Both the position numbers and the translations under genes were made by a program. Of a stretch of DNA of 24,000 bases, positions 22,748 through 24,000 are shown piece by piece. This DNA comes from Nitrospirota bacterium (GTDB taxonomy: Bacteria; Nitrospirota; Thermodesulfovibrionia; Thermodesulfovibrionales; UBA6898): contig JACRHC010000072.1 of the NCBI GenBank assembly GCA_016217675.1, forward strand, positions 1,742-25,741. Direction: 5' to 3'. The notes beneath the pieces were generated by a model that was given only the letters and a program-made list of their open reading frames with translations, was not told where the DNA came from and did no database searches. Within the stretch, counting starts at the first letter, position 1. Each line of letters starts with the position of its first letter.

Positions 22748-23560
22748 TCAGAACCCGTCCTTATTCAGATATTCAAGGGCAGACTTCTCACTTCTCGGCG
22801 TCACGGTCTTGGTCTCCTCTGAAACATCCTCGATCCTCTGCTCGTCCTTCTCATCCCAGCCGCGCACATACCGATCGCTCGACTCTCCCAATGCAAGGTG
22901 CAGGGGGAGGACAAATATGGATGCCTTCTTCGTAACGCATGCCCTCTCGCATGCGCCGCAGCCTGTACAATGATCACTATGCACGACCGGAGCAAGAATT
23001 GCATGTTTGCCGGTCCGGTCATTAGCGGTCCTTTCAACGGTGAGCGCCTTGTCTATTACCGGACAGACCCGATAGCAGGCATCACACTGGATACCCCAGT
23101 ATGCAATGCAGGTCTCCCGGTCAATGACCGCCAATCCTATCTTTGCAAGGTTGATATTAAGCTTGTCCCTGCCCCGCTCATCCTTATCTCTCATCAGTGA
23201 ACTGTCAAGAGCCCCGGTGGGGCAGGCAACTGCGCAGGGAATGTCCCGGCACATTTTACAGGGATTTTCGCGCATTATGAAATAGGGTGTACCGACAGGC
23301 CGTTCGTCGCCCGGTTTGGCAATGACAAGTGCCTTATACGGGCAGGCCTCGGCACAGAGGCCGCACTTGGTGCACAGAGCGAGAAACTTCTCCTCCTTCA
23401 CAGCGCCTGGCGGCCTCAGTACCGTAGGATATGCCTTCTTGCCGTCAAGAAATCCTGCCCAGGCCAAGCCGCCCACAGCGGCTGCACCTGCGCCTCTAAA
23501 CAGGTCTGCGAGAAACTGTCTTCTCTCAGGCATCTTCTCTGATCCCTCCGGTGCAGTCAT
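22748..23560 (-). CDS. napG: NapG, periplasmic poly-ferredoxin (4x 4Fe-4S) with Tat signal
   Basis: A twin-arginine motif (ERRQFLADL) is present. There are four Cys clusters: CTKCGLCAEACP, CKMCRDIPCAVACP, CIAYWGIQCDACYRVCP and CTGCGACERAC. The start could instead be the ATG at 23533. Confidence 0.88.
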   Translation of the reverse strand: MTAPEGSEKMPERRQFLADLFRGAGAAAVGGLAWAGFLDGKKAYPTVLRPPGAVKEEKFLALCTKCGLCAEACPYKALVIAKPGDERPVGTPYFIMRENPCKMCRDIPCAVACPTGALDSSLMRDKDERGRDKLNINLAKIGLAVIDRETCIAYWGIQCDACYRVCPVIDKALTVERTANDRTGKHAILAPVVHSDHCTGCGACERACVTKKASIFVLPLHLALGESSDRYVRGWDEKDEQRIEDVSEETKTVTPRSEKSALEYLNKDGF

Positions 23561-23571
23561 CTGCGTTCTTA

Positions 23572-24000
23572 TCAGGCTTTATACACTTTTACAGCGCACT
23601 TCTTGTAGTCAGGCTCCTTCGAGATCGGGCATGTCGCATCAAGTGTCACCTTGTTGATGAATACATGCTCATCAAAGAACGGAACAAAGATAAGACCTTT
23701 AGGGGGCAGATTTCTGCCTCTGGTCTCGACCCTGGCCTTCACCTTGCCTCTTCTGGATTCAATCCATATAAGTTCTCCGTCCTTCACGCCGCCCTTCTGC
23801 GCATCCTGGGGATGCATGAAGCAGAGCGCCTCAGGAACAGCCCGATACAGCTCGGGCACCCGCATGGTCATGGTGCCGGTATGCCAATGCTCAAGTACCC
23901 TGCCAGTGCAGAGCCAGAAGGGATATTCACTGCTCGGATTTTCCGGCGGCTCGATGTAATGGCGCAGAAATATCTTCGCCTTATTCGGGAGCTTCACCTT
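23572..24000 (-). CDS. napA: NapA, periplasmic nitrate reductase catalytic subunit (C-terminal molybdopterin-binding domain only; 5' part outside the window)
   Basis: The reading frame is open to the window edge. [18 protein letters not shown]...LIFVPFFDE...[27 protein letters not shown] is a typical NapA C-terminus. Confidence 0.9.
   Translation of the reverse strand, partial: KVKLPNKAKIFLRHYIEPPENPSSEYPFWLCTGRVLEHWHTGTMTMRVPELYRAVPEALCFMHPQDAQKGGVKDGELIWIESRRGKVKARVETRGRNLPPKGLIFVPFFDEHVFINKVTLDATCPISKEPDYKKCAVKVYKA

Noticed and set aside
1-24000. Mobile elements, integrases, tRNA or rRNA genes, prophage or defence-system genes
   Set aside because: I saw no transposase, integrase or recombinase-like ORF, no terminal inverted repeats and no cloverleaf-like or rRNA-like sequence. 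The only hint of rearrangement is the SufB/D fragment.

Overview
All convincing genes in this 24 kb window lie on the minus strand, so the order below runs from high to low coordinates. The plus-strand track ORFs look like antisense shadows. Gene content suggests an anaerobic, selenium-using bacterium, possibly Desulfobacterota- or Nitrospirota-like; that is inference only.

(1) The 3' part of napA, followed by napG, napH, napB and napD (periplasmic nitrate reductase).

(2) A tightly packed metal(loid)/thiol-redox operon. It starts with a perfect 11-4-11 palindrome next to a TTGACA box. The genes are an ArsP-like CSC permease, a small CxxC thioredoxin-fold protein, arsR, acr3 and a CxxC thioredoxin lipoprotein. 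These are followed by a small Cys-rich ORF with an in-frame TGA (candidate selenocysteine), hgcA, hgcB (mercury methylation pair) and ccdA. An ECF sigma factor, an AhpD/CMD-like CxxC protein and a 91-aa unknown come next.

(3) A SufB/D C-terminal remnant.

(4) A signalling cluster: a hybrid histidine kinase with two Cys/His-rich PAS domains, then two adjacent proteins that share a Cys-rich 'CWEIK.C...CW' N-terminal domain. One of these is fused to PilZ and the other to GGDEF.

(5) Two paralogous modules of periplasmic binding protein, sensor kinase and sigma-54 activator. They flank a small rhodanese operon whose main gene is split in the ORF track by an in-frame TGA with a SECIS-like hairpin just downstream. 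I read it as a second selenoprotein candidate.

I found no rRNA, tRNA, CRISPR array or mobile element. All function calls rest on motifs read by eye and on recalled family knowledge. No database search was run.
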